The notes: generated by a model from the letters alone, not told the origin. A stretch of DNA of 63,537 nucleotides, filler included, from Octopus bimaculoides (GCF_001194135.2; 8 parts of 8 records of this genome joined end to end with filler, not necessarily neighbours in it), one strand, 5' to 3'; counted from the first letter of the whole stretch, positions 24,565 to 38,229 are shown. Numbers and translations: made by a program.

Positions 24565-25290
24565 TACAGGGCGCGATGAGTAAATTGTCACCATATTATA
24601 TTTTAATTTCGTGCATGCACATTGTTTGTTTATGATTTTGTCGACTATATAGTATTGTAGGGTCAGTCGGACACCATCTGTGAGAAAAACAGCACCATGA
24701 CACAATTCACTCTGCCAGAAATGTGGAAACGATATGCTGTACTCCAATATGAACATTTCAGTGTGTTTGGGTGTCAATCTGAGGACATGTACCGAGAGTG
24801 ATAAAAATCAAACATCCAAAGAAACGTTTGGAGTGATCACTAGTGATGGCGACGTTATTCCCCCATTCATCTTTCCACACAGCCTCAGACTGAACACAGA
24901 GGCTTACATCAAGTGCCTGGAGGTGGTAGTGCTTCCCGGGGTCAAGAGGGTGGCTGCTGGAAGACCCTATGTCTAGCAACAGGACTCTGCACCATACCAC
25001 ACAAGCAGGAGAACCCAGTCATGGTTGTCAGACAATTTCTGCGACCACATTACCCCTAACATCTGGCCACCTAACTCCCTAGACTGCAACCCACTTGATT
25101 ATTATGTGTGGGGTGCAGTTGAGTGAGAGACTAACAAAACTCTTTGTAACACCAAAGATGAACTGAAGGCAAGGATTATGGCAGCATTCACCAACTTAAA
25201 CAAGGAGAACATCCAGAAGAGTTGCAGGAGATTTCAAAGTCGTGTGGAGGCCATGGTTGAAGCCATGGCAATTTTATTGAATAAATTTAT
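24565..25290 (+). mobile_element. maT/mori-type (DD37D) Tc1/mariner transposon remnant
   Basis: QQDSAPYHTSRRTQSWLSDNFCDHITPNIWPPNSLDCNPLDY has exactly 37 residues between the second and third catalytic Asp; in-frame stop just before. Confidence 0.88.
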
Positions 25291-27090
25291 ACGGAGAGGG
25301 TCATAGCCCAACTAATTAGGGAGAGAGTTGGTTTAGATGAGATGCAGTTTAGGTTTGTGCCAAGGAGAAGCACCACTGATGCTATACTATATTTCTGGTA
25401 AGACAGCTGCAGGAGAAACTCCGAGCCAAAGATAAACTTCAGTACTTGGTTTTCATTGACATGGAGAAAGCTTTTGACAGGGTCCCCTGATCCCTTATCT
25501 GGTGGTCAATGCAAAAACTAAGGATAGATGAGTGGTTGATGAGAGCTGTGCAAGCCATGTACAGGGATGCTGTCTGTAAGGTGAGGGTTGGCAACAAGTA
25601 TAGTGAAGAATTCCAGATAGAAGTAGGGGTTCATCAAAGATCAGTCCTCAGCCCCCTCTTACTCATCATAGACCTCCAGGCAATGAAAGAGAAATTCAAG
25701 ACAGGCTACCTCTGTGGGCTCCTCTATACTGATGACCTTGCTCTAATAGCTGAGTTACTACCAGAACTAGAGAAGTTTCAGGTGTGAAAGCAAGGTCTAG
25801 AATTGAAGGACCTTAGAGTCGTTCTAGCAAAACCAAAGTCTTAGTAAGTAGGAAAGCAGACAAATCACAAATCCCTTCAGGTAGATGGCCCTACTCGATC
25901 TGTAGAAAAGGCGTAGGTAGAAACTCCTGAAAATGTACCCAGTGTAAGCTATAGACACATAAGAGGTGCAGCAATATCAATGGAAGGTTAACTGGGAAGA
26001 TAGTTTTTGTGTGTGCCAGATGCACAGGAGCAATAGACACCAAAGATGTACAGAAAACAGATTCCATCACATGCCAGGGGAAAAACCAGAAGTAGTTGAT
26101 AGCTTCCGTTACTTAGATGACCAAGTCAGTAGCAGGGGGCAGATACTCTGAGAGTGTAGCTACTAGAATAAGAATAGCTTGGGCAAAGTTCAGAAAGCTC
26201 CTACCTCTGCTGGTAACAAAGTGCCTCTCACTCATTCTGAAAGATAGACTGTATGATGCATCAGTGCTAATAGCCATGCTACATGGGCTGTGACTGCTGA
26301 GGACATGTGTAGCCTTAAAAGAAATGAAGCTAGTATGTTCTGCTGGATGTGTAATGTCAGTGTGCATATATTACAGGGTGTAAGCACCCTGAGAAAAAAG
26401 TTGGACATAAGAAGCATCAGATGTGGTGTGCAAGAGAGACGACTGTGCTGGTATGGTCATGTATTGTGTATGGATGAGGACAGCTGTGTGAAGAAGTGTC
26501 ACACCCTAACAGTGGAAGGAACCTGTGGAAGAGGTAGACCCAGGAAGACATGGAATGAGGTGGTGAAGCTCAACCTTGGGCTTCACAGAGGCAATGACAA
26601 GTGACTGAGACCTTTGGAGATATGCTATGCCTGAGAAGACCTGGCAAGCCAAGTGCGATCGTAGCCATAGCCAATGCCAGTGTTGCATAACTGGCCCATT
26701 TAAAAGAACCCTTTAATTGTCGGGCAGTATGCTGTGATTTAGAAGACCTATTGAATCAAGTGAAATCGTAGCCGTGGCTGATGCCCATGACGCCTGGCAC
26801 ATAGAAAGCCAGTGGTGCCTGACTAGCTCCCATGCTGGTGGCACATAGAAAGCACCATTTGAGTGTGGTCAATACCAGTGCCACCCGACTGACCCCCTGC
26901 TAGTTACACGTGGAAACCACCCATTATACTCTCAGAGTGGTTGGCATTAGGAAGGGCATCCACTTGTAGAAACCTTGCCAGATCAGATTGGAACCTAGTA
27001 CAGCTTCCTAGCTTGTCAATCCTCAGTCAAACCATCCAACCCATACCAACATGGAAAGCGGACGTTAAACGATGATGATGATGATGATGA
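25291..27090 (+). mobile_element. RTE-clade LINE, 5'-truncated (RT, PHD insert, 3' UTR, (GAT)n tail)
   Basis: FIDMEKAFDRVP, GVHQRSVLSPLL, LLYTDDLAL, FRYL and GRGRPRKTW motifs with stops and frameshifts; ends CATGGAAAGCGGACGTTAAAC(GAT)n. Confidence 0.93.
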
Positions 27091-27703
27091 CTGTAGTCCA
27101 GGTGAAGCTTCTTGTCCTTTGTGGAGTGGTGATTTCATTTCACTCTATCTTTAATATCTGCACAACAAATCTATATTGATTACCTGCTAACTAAATATGT
27201 GTTGTAAATAGGGCCTCTTAGCTAACTAGAATTCAATCACTAAGGAATACACTCTACCCTCTGGTTCACAGGTATTCTGTTCTCTCTTCCTATTGTTCAC
27301 CCTTCTGGTAAATGACCCTGCTTGATATGTCAGAAGGCTGTAGGCAGAAATTCCATTCAGTGTACCCAATGCAAGCTATGGACATGCAAGAAGTGCAGTG
27401 GAATAGAAGGAAGGTTAACAAAGTAAGTAGTGTTTGTATGTGGAATATGCACTGGAGCCATAAAGACTGCAGAGACACTGGAAACTGATTTCCTCAAATG
27501 CCCCGGTGGCTCTCTGTAAATTATAAATTTTGCTTGGTGTAAGCAAAATGGTGTGTTTATGTCCCCGTAACTTTGCGATTCGGCAAAAGAGACCGATAGA
27601 ATAAGTACTAGGCTTAGAAAGAATAAGTCCTGGGGTTGATTAACTCGATTAAAGGCAGTGCTCCAGCATGGCCGCAGTCAAATGACTGAAACAAGTAAAG
27701 AGA

Positions 27704-27794
<91 letters not shown>

Positions 27795-28108
27795 CACACA
27801 CATATATACATATACATACATACACATATATACATGCATTCACACATAAATATATATATATATTCATATATACATATGCATACATACTCAAAAACTCATA
27901 CCCTCCTTTATGAATATCTGGTGTTGCCATCCGGTTTCACCAGTCCTCAGTCAAATCGTCCAACCCATGCTAGCATGGAAAGCGGACGTTAAACGATGAT
28001 GATGATGATGATGATCCACACATACATATATATATATACATACACAAACACACACACTCATACACACATGCACACAAACTTATATGTATACCTATACACA
28101 CATATCTA

Positions 28109-28139
<31 letters not shown>

Positions 28140-28140
28140 A

Positions 28141-28180
<40 letters not shown>

Positions 28181-28338
28181 AATACACAGGTACATGTAGG
28201 AATGACCTATACTTTCTTACCCCTATCCACTTACACAAATATCTTCATTTATATATACTCACGTTCCCATACATATACCTATTTGTAAATATGTGTACAT
28301 ATAACTATCCATACATATTGATATTCATAAGTACCTGG

Positions 28339-28370
<32 letters not shown>

Positions 28371-28419
28371 GTGTGTGTATTTATATATATATGTATATAT
28401 ATATATGTATGTATGTGTG

Positions 28420-28665
28420 TGGAGGCGCAATGGTCCAGTGGTTAGGGCAGCGGACTCACGGTTATAGGATCGCGGTTTCGATTCCCAGACCGGACGTTGT
28501 GAGTGTTTATTGAGCAAAAACACCTAAAGCTCCACGAGGCTCCAGCAGGGGATGGTGGCGAACCCTGCTGTACTCTTTCACCACAACTTTCTCTCACTCT
28601 TACTTCCTGTTTCTGTTGTGCCTGTAATTCAAAGGACCAGCCGTGTCACGCTGAATATCCCCGAT
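28420..28665 (+). mobile_element. tRNA-derived SINE (third family); truncated head at ~46470-46500
   Basis: GGAGGCGCAATGGTCCAGTGGTTAGGGCAGCGGACTC...GGTTTCGATTCCCAGACC contains A and B boxes, followed by a non-tRNA body. Confidence 0.75.
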
Positions 28666-28749
28666 GTACTTGAGTCTGTAGCCACATCTTATAATTCTGT
28701 CATAGAATGTATTGACTAAATTCTCTTCACTTAGTAAAATTCACAGGGA

Positions 28750-29880
28750 TTCCTCCAAGCATAGATGGCAGTTTCTAGAAAAAGTATCATACAGGTGTGC
28801 ATTTTTTATTATGGACCTATATATATATATTTTTTATTCCATTTTCTTTTAATCTCCATTTGAAGTCTGGTAGAATACCTCTTATGAATTCTGTTCAAAC
28901 AGGCAGCATGGTTGTGATATCAGTTTGTGAAAAAAAATCCACAGATACCCCTATATACACATATGTGCCTCATCTGGTACTCTGTGCATTTGTATACTCT
29001 GTTATGACACCTGTATTGGTTTTGTAGAGGACGTACTTTTTTGTTTCTAGATATACAATTGTTTTTTTTTAGTTTTCTATTAATTGTTTTGTTATTCNNN
29101 NNNNNNNTTTTTTTTTTTTTTTTTTTTTTTTTTTTTTCCATTCCTCCTATTTCTTTTTTCTTTCATCATTATGTGGCCCTAACTGCTATTACGAGTATCA
29201 GGAGCATTCAAATTTTCAACATATTCACTGTCAGCAGTATTTTCTCTGTATTTCCTTATACTATTAATTCCGTTGTACTTATTGGAACATGCTTCATTTG
29301 TTTCTGCCTTATTATCAGAGTCCTTATTAGATAAAATATCTTTTATTGGTCCCTCACTAACTGTGTTTCTTATCTTCTGATTTAATTTCATATTATTAAT
29401 TTTATGTATATAGTATTCTAGGTTCTTCACTGTGTGCCTGCTAGAAATTTTGTGCATCTATTAGATTTGGAAAACATTTATCCAATGCGGTAATGAATTC
29501 CCTAGCAATCCTTGATGATATTTGTGATCTATAGGTGGGATTATGCCACAGAACATCTAATTTCTTATGCGTTTTGTTCACTCTATTGTTACTAATATAT
29601 GCTGTGGAAGCATCAGCATTTAATGGGTTATATTTAAACTTCCTATTTTGGTGTTCCTTATTTTCAGTTCCTATTTTATTTTATATTTTTTCTTATTCAT
29701 AGCTTATTGTGACCATCTCCTATTCTGTATTTACAATTGTGTGCCCTTATGTGAGGTTTAGTTTCCTTAGTATTGTAGCCACTAGAATTAACTATATTAT
29801 TATTATCATTCATATATATTATTTTATTTTTATTTACAAACTCTATAGAGGTAGCTGAACAGCATACTACAAGGTGCATA
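28750..29880 (-). mobile_element. Penelope-like element C-terminal fragment, decayed
   Basis: Minus strand: KLDVLWHNPTY (cf. WFNPP), FITALDKCFP, and RVYKC...VYRGIC...YHNHAACLNRIHKRYSTRL (GIY-YIG-like). Confidence 0.6.
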
Positions 29881-30150
29881 TCCTAATATAAAATTATTAC
29901 ACACATACACACACACACGTGTGTTTGTCCCCCATTACCATTTGACAACTGGTATTTGTAGGTTTCTGTTCCCATAACTTGACAGTCCAGTAAAAGAGAC
30001 TGAAAGAATGAATATCAGACTTTACAAAATAATATGTTTACTGGGGTCGATTCATCTGACTAAAATTCTTCAAGGTGGTGCCCCAGCATGGCCACAGTCT
30101 AATGACTGAAACAAGTAAAAGATATGTGTGCACGCATGCACGTGCATGCG

Positions 30151-30180
<30 letters not shown>

Positions 30181-30184
<4 letters not shown>

Positions 30185-31070
30185 AGGGTGGGCTGGAAAG
30201 TTGATAGGCTGACTATGAAGGATTGATGCTAGAGCTGTCAAATTTTGCATGCATTAATTTCAACCATTCTTATTAGTTACTGCATTGTTTCTTTCCAACT
30301 GAATTTACGACTGACTGTTCCAAGAAGACTTCAAAAGTAACTAGTAGCGATTTCTTGAAAATGACGAAATATGGCATCGTCTTGTTATCAAGTACCTGCA
30401 GAAAAAGGGTTTAGCCTCCAAGGACATTCATGCTGACATGGTTGCTACATTAGGGGATGACACTCCAGTGTAAAAGAGTACAAAAGTGGGCAGCTGAATT
30501 TGGGGTGGGTGGGGAGGAAGAGTCTTGAAGATAACCTAATGTCTGGACATCCTGCAACTGCCACCACTGAAAAAAACATTGTGTTCACCACATGGTGATA
30601 GATGACAGGTGATTGACTATAAATCAAATAGCCAAGGCTATTAGCATACCTTGCGAGAGAGTTGGGAATATTCTGAACAATGAACTTGGCGTAATGTAAG
30701 TTTCTGCTCAGTGGGTGCTATGTTTTCTGACACTTGATCAAAAGCGCACCAGGCTGATCACATCACAAGGAAAATCTGACATTGTTTCAGGCATATCCAA
30801 CTGGTTTCCTTGAACATTTCCTAACTTAAGATGAGTGCTGGGTTCATCACTTTGAGTCACTGGCAATGAGACAATCCATGCCATGGAATCACCCCTCTTC
30901 ACCTGTTCCAAAGAAGGCCAAGGTTGTTTCAGCTGCAGGGAAGGTGATGGCCTCAGTTTTTTGAGGTTGCAAAATGCAGTGTTTTTATTGACTATCTTCA
31001 AATGGACCACTCTATCAATGGAGAGTACTCTGCCAACTTGCTGAGGTAGTTACAAAAGGCTATCAAGACG

Positions 31071-31102
<32 letters not shown>

Positions 31103-32922
31103 GTTTAACGTCCGCTTTCCATGCTAGCATGGGTTGGACGATTTGACTGAGGACTGGTGAAACCGGATGGCAACACCAGGCTCCAATCTAATTTGGCAGT
31201 GTTTCTACAGCTGGATGCCCTTCCTAACGCCAACCACTCAGAGAGTGTAGNNNNNNNNNNNNNNNNNNNNNNNNNNNNNNNNNNNNNNNNNNNNNNNNNN
31301 NNNNNNNNNNNNNNNNNNNNNNNNNNNNNNNNNNNNNNNNNNNNNNNNNNNNNNNNNNNNNNNNNNNNNNNNNNNNNNNNNNNNNNNNNNNNNNNNNNNN
31401 NNNNNNNNNNNNNNNNNNNNNNNNNNNNNNNNNNNNNNNNNNNNNNNNNNNNNNNNNNNNNNNNNNNNNNNNNNNNNNNNNNNNNNNNNNNNNNNNNNNN
31501 NNNNNNNNNNNNNNNNNNNNNNNNNNNNNNNNNNNNNNNNNNNNNNNNNNNNNNNNNNNNNNNNNNNNNNNNNNNNNNNNNNNNNNNNNNNNNNNNNNNN
31601 NNNNNNNNNNNNNNNNNNNNNNNNNNNNNNNNNNNNNNNNNNNNNNNNNNNNNNNNNNNNNNNNNNNNNNNNNNNNNNNNNNNNNNNNNNNNNNNNNNNN
31701 NNNNNNNNNNNNNNNNNNNNNNNNNNNNNNNNNNNNNNNNNNNNNNNNNNNNNNNNNNNNNNNNNNNNNNNNNNNNNNNNNNNNNNNNNNNNNNNNNNNN
31801 NNNNNNNNNNNNNNNNNNNNNNNNNNNNNNNNNNNNNNNNNNNNNNNNNNNNNNNNNNNNNNNNNNNNNNNNNNNNNNNNNNNNNNNNNNNNNNNNNNNN
31901 NNNNNNNNNNNNNNNNNNNNNNNNNNNNNNNNNNNNNNNNNNNNNNNNNNNNNNNNNNNNNNNNNNNNNNNNNNNNNNNNNNNNNNNNNNNNNNNNNNNN
32001 NNNNNNNNNNNNNNNNNNNNNNNNNNNNNNNNNNNNNNNNNNNNNNNNNNNNNNNNNNNNNNNNNNNNNNNNNNNNNNNNNNNNNNNNNNNNNNNNNNNN
32101 NNNNNNNNNNNNNNNGGAATGAGATAGAAGTTGTTTCCTGTTTGTTTACAGTCTTTATTGCACCTGAACATCTGCCACAAACAAAAACTAACTTGCTAGT
32201 TAACCTGCCTTTGATGTTGCTGCACCTCTTATGTGTCCATAGCTTGCACCGGGTACATCTTATAGAGTTACTACCTACTCCTTTTCTACATACTGAGCAG
32301 GGCCATCTACCTGAAGGGGTTTGTGTTTTATCTACCTTCCTACTTATTAGGATTTTGGTTTTAGCTGGGTTGACTCTAAGGCCCTTCAATTCTAGACCTT
32401 GCTTCCACACCTGAAACTTCTCCTCTAGTTCTGATAGTGACTCCGCAATTAGGGCAAGGTCATCAGCATAGAGGAGCTCCCAGGGGCAACCTGTCTTGAA
32501 CTCCTCTGTGATTGCCTGGAGGACTGGCCAGGGAAACTGATGAAAGGGGTCTTGTTTCATGATGACAGTGCTCCAGTGCACAAGTCTTTCATGTCAATGG
32601 TTGCTGTACTTGACTGTGGCTTTGAACTGGTTGATCACCCTCCCTATTCTCCTGATTTGGTCCCATTTGACTATTATCTGTTCCCCAACAGGAAAAAACA
32701 CTTGACCAAGAAGCAGTATCACAGTGATGATGATGCCATGTCTGTTGTTGGTAACTTTTTTGAGCAACTGGATGAAAGTTTCTGCAATGGGATCCAAGCA
32801 CTGCAACACCAATGGAAAAAGTGTGTAGACTGCAAGAGAGTCTATGCTGAAAAATAAATCTCATTTGTTTGCATTCCATGAGTATCTTGCTCAGCCAATG
32901 AACTTTTCAGCCAACCCTTGTA
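30181..32922 (+). mobile_element. mariner (DD34D) element split by a nested RTE insertion
   Basis: TIR-like ends ATGAGGGTGGGCTGGAAAGTT and AACTTTTCAGCCAACCCTTGTA. Transposase pieces at 30360-31072 and 32527-32857 (FHDDSAPVH...HPPYSPDLVPFDYYLF; 34 aa spacing). Confidence 0.88.
31074..32526 (-). mobile_element. RTE-clade LINE inserted into the mariner
   Basis: (GAT)n tail and 3' UTR at 31074-31250; open RT frame LQAITEEFKTGCPWELLYADDLALIAE...PCSVCRKGVG at 32116-32526; middle lost in a gap. Confidence 0.9.
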
Positions 32923-33499
32923 CATTGTGTATATACATGTGTGTATACACACACATGTATAAGAAACAAGTCAAGGTACAAAGATGGTTTGAAGCAAGTT
33001 CAAGCAAGCTCATCTCTCACATTTAGACAAGATGTGTTGCACTATTCGAACATAAACACCATCCCCGCCTACTCAGAAACCTTGCAAACATTAAGAACAG
33101 CAAAATGCAAGGCCCAAACAACAGCCAGACACTGCAAATGACTATCGGCTACAGCTTTACCAATGGTATCCCATCATCATTTAATACATGTAACATCCAC
33201 TAGGTGTATGTGGGAATAAAAATGGCCATTGTCCCAAGACTGTATCGATAAAAACTGTAAGAGTTCGGACTATCAAAAACAGAGGCAAGTTGATAGAAAG
33301 AAGAAAAGCTTTACTCCAAACAGAAAACAAAACACCATTTCAGTCTGTTAAGCACTATGAAATGCATACTAATGATGAAGAGACTGTATGACCCCAGAAT
33401 CAGGTGTTATTTTACCAGAAGTCATCAGGTGTATAAAGAGTAACAGATTGTGCTACTTACACAAACTATTGCGCTTGTGCTGAAAAGAGAAACAGTACC

Positions 33500-34060
33500 G
33501 CATGACATGAGAGACTATGATATTGTTATCCTACACAAGAGCAAAGGTGGGCAGAATCAGTTGTAATAATTACACAGGAATCTCTTCACTGAGCATCATT
33601 GGAAAGGTCTTTGCTTGCGTGGTCTTAAATAGTTTGCAAAATATGACTGACAGAGTCTCAGTATGGCTCCATCCCTTCAACAACTACAAGAAAAATGCAG
33701 ACAGCAAAGAACCACTCTGCATCATTTTTGTCGACTTCATGAAGGTTTATGACCTTGTAAGTAGAAACAACTTGTTCAAAATCCTTGCTAAAATTAGGTG
33801 TCCTCTGAGCTTACTTAGGATTATCCATTCATTCTATGCAGACATGAAAGACATCATATAATTTGATGGCTCCTCCTTGGAATTCCCCACCACTTGCAGT
33901 GGAGTAAAGCAGGGCTTGCCCCCCACCCTGTTTGACATCCTCACTTACTATCATGCTAAAGCACATTTTTTGAAACATCAAGTAACAGTGTTTATCTTAA
34001 CACAAAATGAAACAAGAAACTGCTCCATCCATCTCGACTGAGGGTGAAAACCATAGTACA
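33500..34060 (+). mobile_element. RTE-BovB-like RT fragment
   Basis: CNNYTGISSLSIIGKVFACVVLN...IIFVDFMKVYDLVSRNNLFKILAKIRCP...IHSF...SGVKQG. Confidence 0.8.
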
Positions 34061-35140
34061 CTTAGGTATGCTGCATCATCTGCAAACAAGAAAAACTTCT
34101 GGTATGATAAATACAAATTGCAAGAGATGATGTTTATCGAGGCTACATCCAAAGGTAAAATAGCCTGCAAATTTAGATAGTACTACATGACACAAAACTT
34201 CAAAAATCTAACAACAAATCTATTAAATCATTACTGTGTGAATCATAACCATTTAAAAAGATTCCTTGAACAAACAACGACAACTGTAAAATATGCACAA
34301 CAAATTCAGAAATAAACTGCAAAACTAGAGGTGTGTGCTATATGAGATGTTTGGAGAAGAATTGTAAAAAAGGCCACCACAAACTTCTTTGGAATGGATT
34401 GCAGAACACTAAGAGGAGTACTGTGAAAGAAAATAAACATCTGTACTCCATCAACATACCATATTGAAACACAATGGCTTGATGATAAATATTGAAGTAA
34501 AAATTCTTACCAGATATCCTGAAGACCCAACTTTATGACAGATTACAAAAGCTGTACAAATACATTCAGCTGAGCTCTTCCCTCCCACATACTTAATATG
34601 AGGAACATGAAGCTTAACATCTCCCACCATCCTGCCAGTGACAATCTACCAATACATTGATTCCAGAATAAGGATAAAATATATCAAAAAAACATCTAAA
34701 ATCAGCTGCTAACACCCACATTCACTGATGCTAGCAAAGAGAAGCTAGGTTAAGTGAAGGTGTCCTCAGCTCTCACATACATGCTTTCTACAATGGAGAT
34801 ATAACAAAGGGGAAAAAATCAGTTGGAAAGTAAATAGCAAACATGTTAAAAAAGTGTGTATCTGTTGAGGAAATTACAGATTGGTGTAGTGAAAAATATT
34901 TTGGGGGTCATTAACAAACAGCAAAGGCTTTGGTAAAAGAAAAAGATATGAAATATCTTCTAAAACAATTGCAACTGGTGAGTGTGTTTATAGGTTTTAT
35001 TAATGATGGCTCATCCCAAATATAACTATATATATATATATATATATATATAATAAAGTAAAGTTGTGGAATACCGTACGAGTGGAAATATATATGAAAG
35101 AAGGTTTGAAAATGCACTTATTTTTAAAAAATATTTATTT

Positions 35141-35182
35141 ACTTAACCGGTTTCACTTTTTTAGAAAAAGATTATCAAAAGT
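35141..35182 (-). ncRNA. Minimal hammerhead variant with U3-A8 core
   Basis: ACTT TTGATAA T-CTTTTT-cta-AAAAAG-T GAAA CCGG TT AAGT. Perfect 4-bp stem I, 6-bp stem II with U-U at its base, palindromic ACCGGT stem III. Confidence 0.6.
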
Positions 35183-35490
35183 CTTTGAGAATAATAAAAA
35201 ATGTTAAAAAACAGTCTGAGTATTAAAATGCATATATACATTCTTTGATGATAAAATATATTTAAAGTATAAAGCTTTGTATGAACTTTGTAGTGTTACA
35301 TACTGATTGTCATATTAAGGTGAAATTGTTAAAAACAGTGTTAANNNNNNNNNNNNNNNNNNNNNNNNNNNNNNNNNNNNNNNNNNNNTTAATTAATTAA
35401 NNNNNNNNNNNNNNNNNNNNNNNNNNNNNNNNNNNNNNNNNNNNCATATATATGCATATATATATACATATATATATATATATCCATACA

Positions 35491-35530
<40 letters not shown>

Positions 35531-36059
35531 AGTGCGAGTGTGTTTGTGTAGACATGCTTAAACACGCAAACATACAAACTACAAAGACACATAGGTAGTA
35601 AGATCCTCGGGCTTCTTGCGTCAACACTTTTCAAATTTGTGCATCAACATATAATTTAAAGGAAGATATGCGAGGGCAGTTCTGAAATTAAAGCAAAGGT
35701 GGATGTAACACGTTTGTATGCCGGGTTAATTTAGAATAACTTCAATAGCTGTAAACCATTGCAATATTCTCAGTGCTTGTATAACGCACTGGAAAACGAA
35801 CTTGTTCCTGGAAAGTAAATTCTTGGAGAAGTGCAAATATTAAAAGAAATATCATACAAGGCGTCTCTTTCTTTCCCGTTGTGGTTTATCATCACGCTCA
35901 TTTCTAATTCATTGCCGCTTAGGAAAGTTAACACGGGTTAGAAGCTAGGGGGAAATGTATCTTCTGTAAATTGTGAATTCCTTGTGGATGACTTAAAGAT
36001 ATTTGTGTCGTATGTAAAAGAGTTTCATTCACTTTACAATGCAGAGTGTGTTTACAGTG

Positions 36060-36255
36060 ATATTGCGATGGAGTTTGGTATATCAGTACATATTGTATGC
36101 GATTTTAGCTACGAAGAGAAGGGAAAGAATCGGTTTTAATGGAATAAACTTATCGAAAGAACGGATTTCAGAACCAGAAGACAATGGATACAAATATCTC
36201 GAAATACTGGAACTCGATGATATTACGTATAAGGAAAGGAAAGAAAACATTGACA
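36060..36255 (+). mobile_element. R4/Dong-like non-LTR retrotransposon RT fragment
   Basis: NGINLSKERISEPEDNGYKYLEILELDDITYKERKENI resembles the R4-clade YKYLGILE motif. Confidence 0.55.
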
Positions 36256-36761
36256 ATGTGTGGTAAGAAGTTTGCTTCCCTACCACATGGTAGGAAATGT
36301 CTTCTGCTATATCCTCGGGATGACCAAAGCCTTGTGAGTGAATTTGGTAGAGGAAACTCAGAGAAGCCAATCGTATATATGTATGTATGTGTGTGTGTAT
36401 TCGTGTCTGTGTTTGTCCCCTACCACCACTTGACAACCGGTGTTGGTGTGCTTACCTCCCCGTAACTAGCGCTTCGGCAAAAGACACCGATAGAATAAGT
36501 ACTATGCAAAAAAAAAAACAAGTACTGGGATCGATTCATTCGACTAAAAATTCTTGATGGTGGTGCCCCAGCATGGCCGCATTTTAATGAATGAAACAAA
36601 TCAAAACAACAAACAAAAGGTAATATATTTAAAGAGATAAAAACTTGCATTAAAGTCCCACGTTAATTCAAGGAATCTGATAAATATGACGAAAACTTGA
36701 GAATTGGGTGGAAAATAAAATGGGTGCATTAGACAGAAAAGCCAAAAAAAAAAACCGTTAT

Positions 36762-36866
36762 GAAATAGCAGTCAAAACCGGACTCTAAAACCATATCATG
36801 TGTTGAATATATGTGCTGTATTGAATATGTGATGTGGTTTTAGAGTCGGGTTTTGACTGCTATTTC
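36762..36866. repeat. Long inverted repeat / hairpin (37-bp arms, 35/37 matched, 31-nt loop); MITE-like
   Basis: GAAATAGCAGTCAAAACCGGACTCTAAAACCATATCA ... TGATGTGGTTTTAGAGTCGGGTTTTGACTGCTATTTC. Confidence 0.9.
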
Positions 36867-37325
36867 TAGCATGGTGGTATCCCTTAGATACTCTTATATA
36901 TAATTTCAATAATTATAGCCTAAAGTTTTTTTCTTCCCATGCTGCCAATTGATTTGATCGTTATTTAAATAAAGATTTTATACTTTTATATATATATATG
37001 TACCAACATTTACACGTATATACACTTAAAAACATACACATACATGCTAATGCACACACATAACATATATATGTTTACGTATATATATGCGTGTATGTAC
37101 GTGTGTGTGTGTGTATGTTACATATGAACGATACGATTTATTCCTTGACTTATGAATTTTTATTAATCTATCCGTACTTTATATTTATATATATATAAAC
37201 CATATCTAGTTTATTAGATCACATTTTGTATTTCATTATATCATACATGCACAAACAGACACACACGGAGATAAATAAACAGGCAAACAGACAGACAAAT
37301 AGCTAGCTAGCTAGCTTGATAGGTT

Positions 37326-37388
<63 letters not shown>

Positions 37389-37829
37389 GGCTGGATGGAT
37401 AGATAGAGATATATAATTATTACACATATGCTTTCCATATATATTAAAATATATTAAATATATATGTATATGTGTGTATATATCATAATATAATATAGAT
37501 CAAAAGTAGGTGAAATTTCCTTACATCAGATATATTATATCATATATATAGGCATTTGCATATTTATTAATGTATATCTATGTGAAATATTTATATATGA
37601 TCGCCGTTCACTCGGGCACAATAAAATCGTCTAACACCGACAATTAAATGAATCATGGTTTCGCCATTGGTTCTGTACCAACATTTACACATACATCCAC
37701 TTAGAAACGTACACACACATGCTAATACACACGTAAATATCGTACGGACGTTTTTCTAATTTTCCATGTACACTATACCAAACACAAATACACACACAGA
37801 GAGAAACAGATACATAAATAAATAAATAA

Positions 37830-37870
<41 letters not shown>

Positions 37871-38154
37871 NNNNNNNNNNNNNNNNNNNNNNNNNNNNNN
37901 NNNNNNNNNNNNNNNNNNNNNNNNNNNNNNNNNNNNNNNNNNNNNNNNNNNNNNNNNNNNNNNNNNNNNNNNNNNNNNNNNNNNNNNNNNNNNNNNNNNN
38001 NNNNNNNNNNNNNNNNNNNNNNNNNNNNNNNNNNNNNNNNNNNNNNNNNNNNNNNNNNNNNNNNNNNNNNNNNNNNNNNNNNNNNNNNNNNNNNNNNNNN
38101 NNNNNNNNNNNNNNNNNNNNNNNNNNNNNNNNNNNNNNNNNNNNNNNNNNNNNN

Positions 38155-38201
<47 letters not shown>

Positions 38202-38229
38202 ATGATGTATTGTCTACGTTTTCTATATG

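Noticed and set aside
28420-28495. tRNA gene
   Set aside because: A and B boxes are present but there is no closing acceptor stem, and it continues into a repeat body; it is a SINE head.
34100-34400. Possible further Penelope GIY-YIG remnant (CKICTT...NCKTRGVCYMRC)
   Set aside because: Similarity is too weak to annotate without a search.
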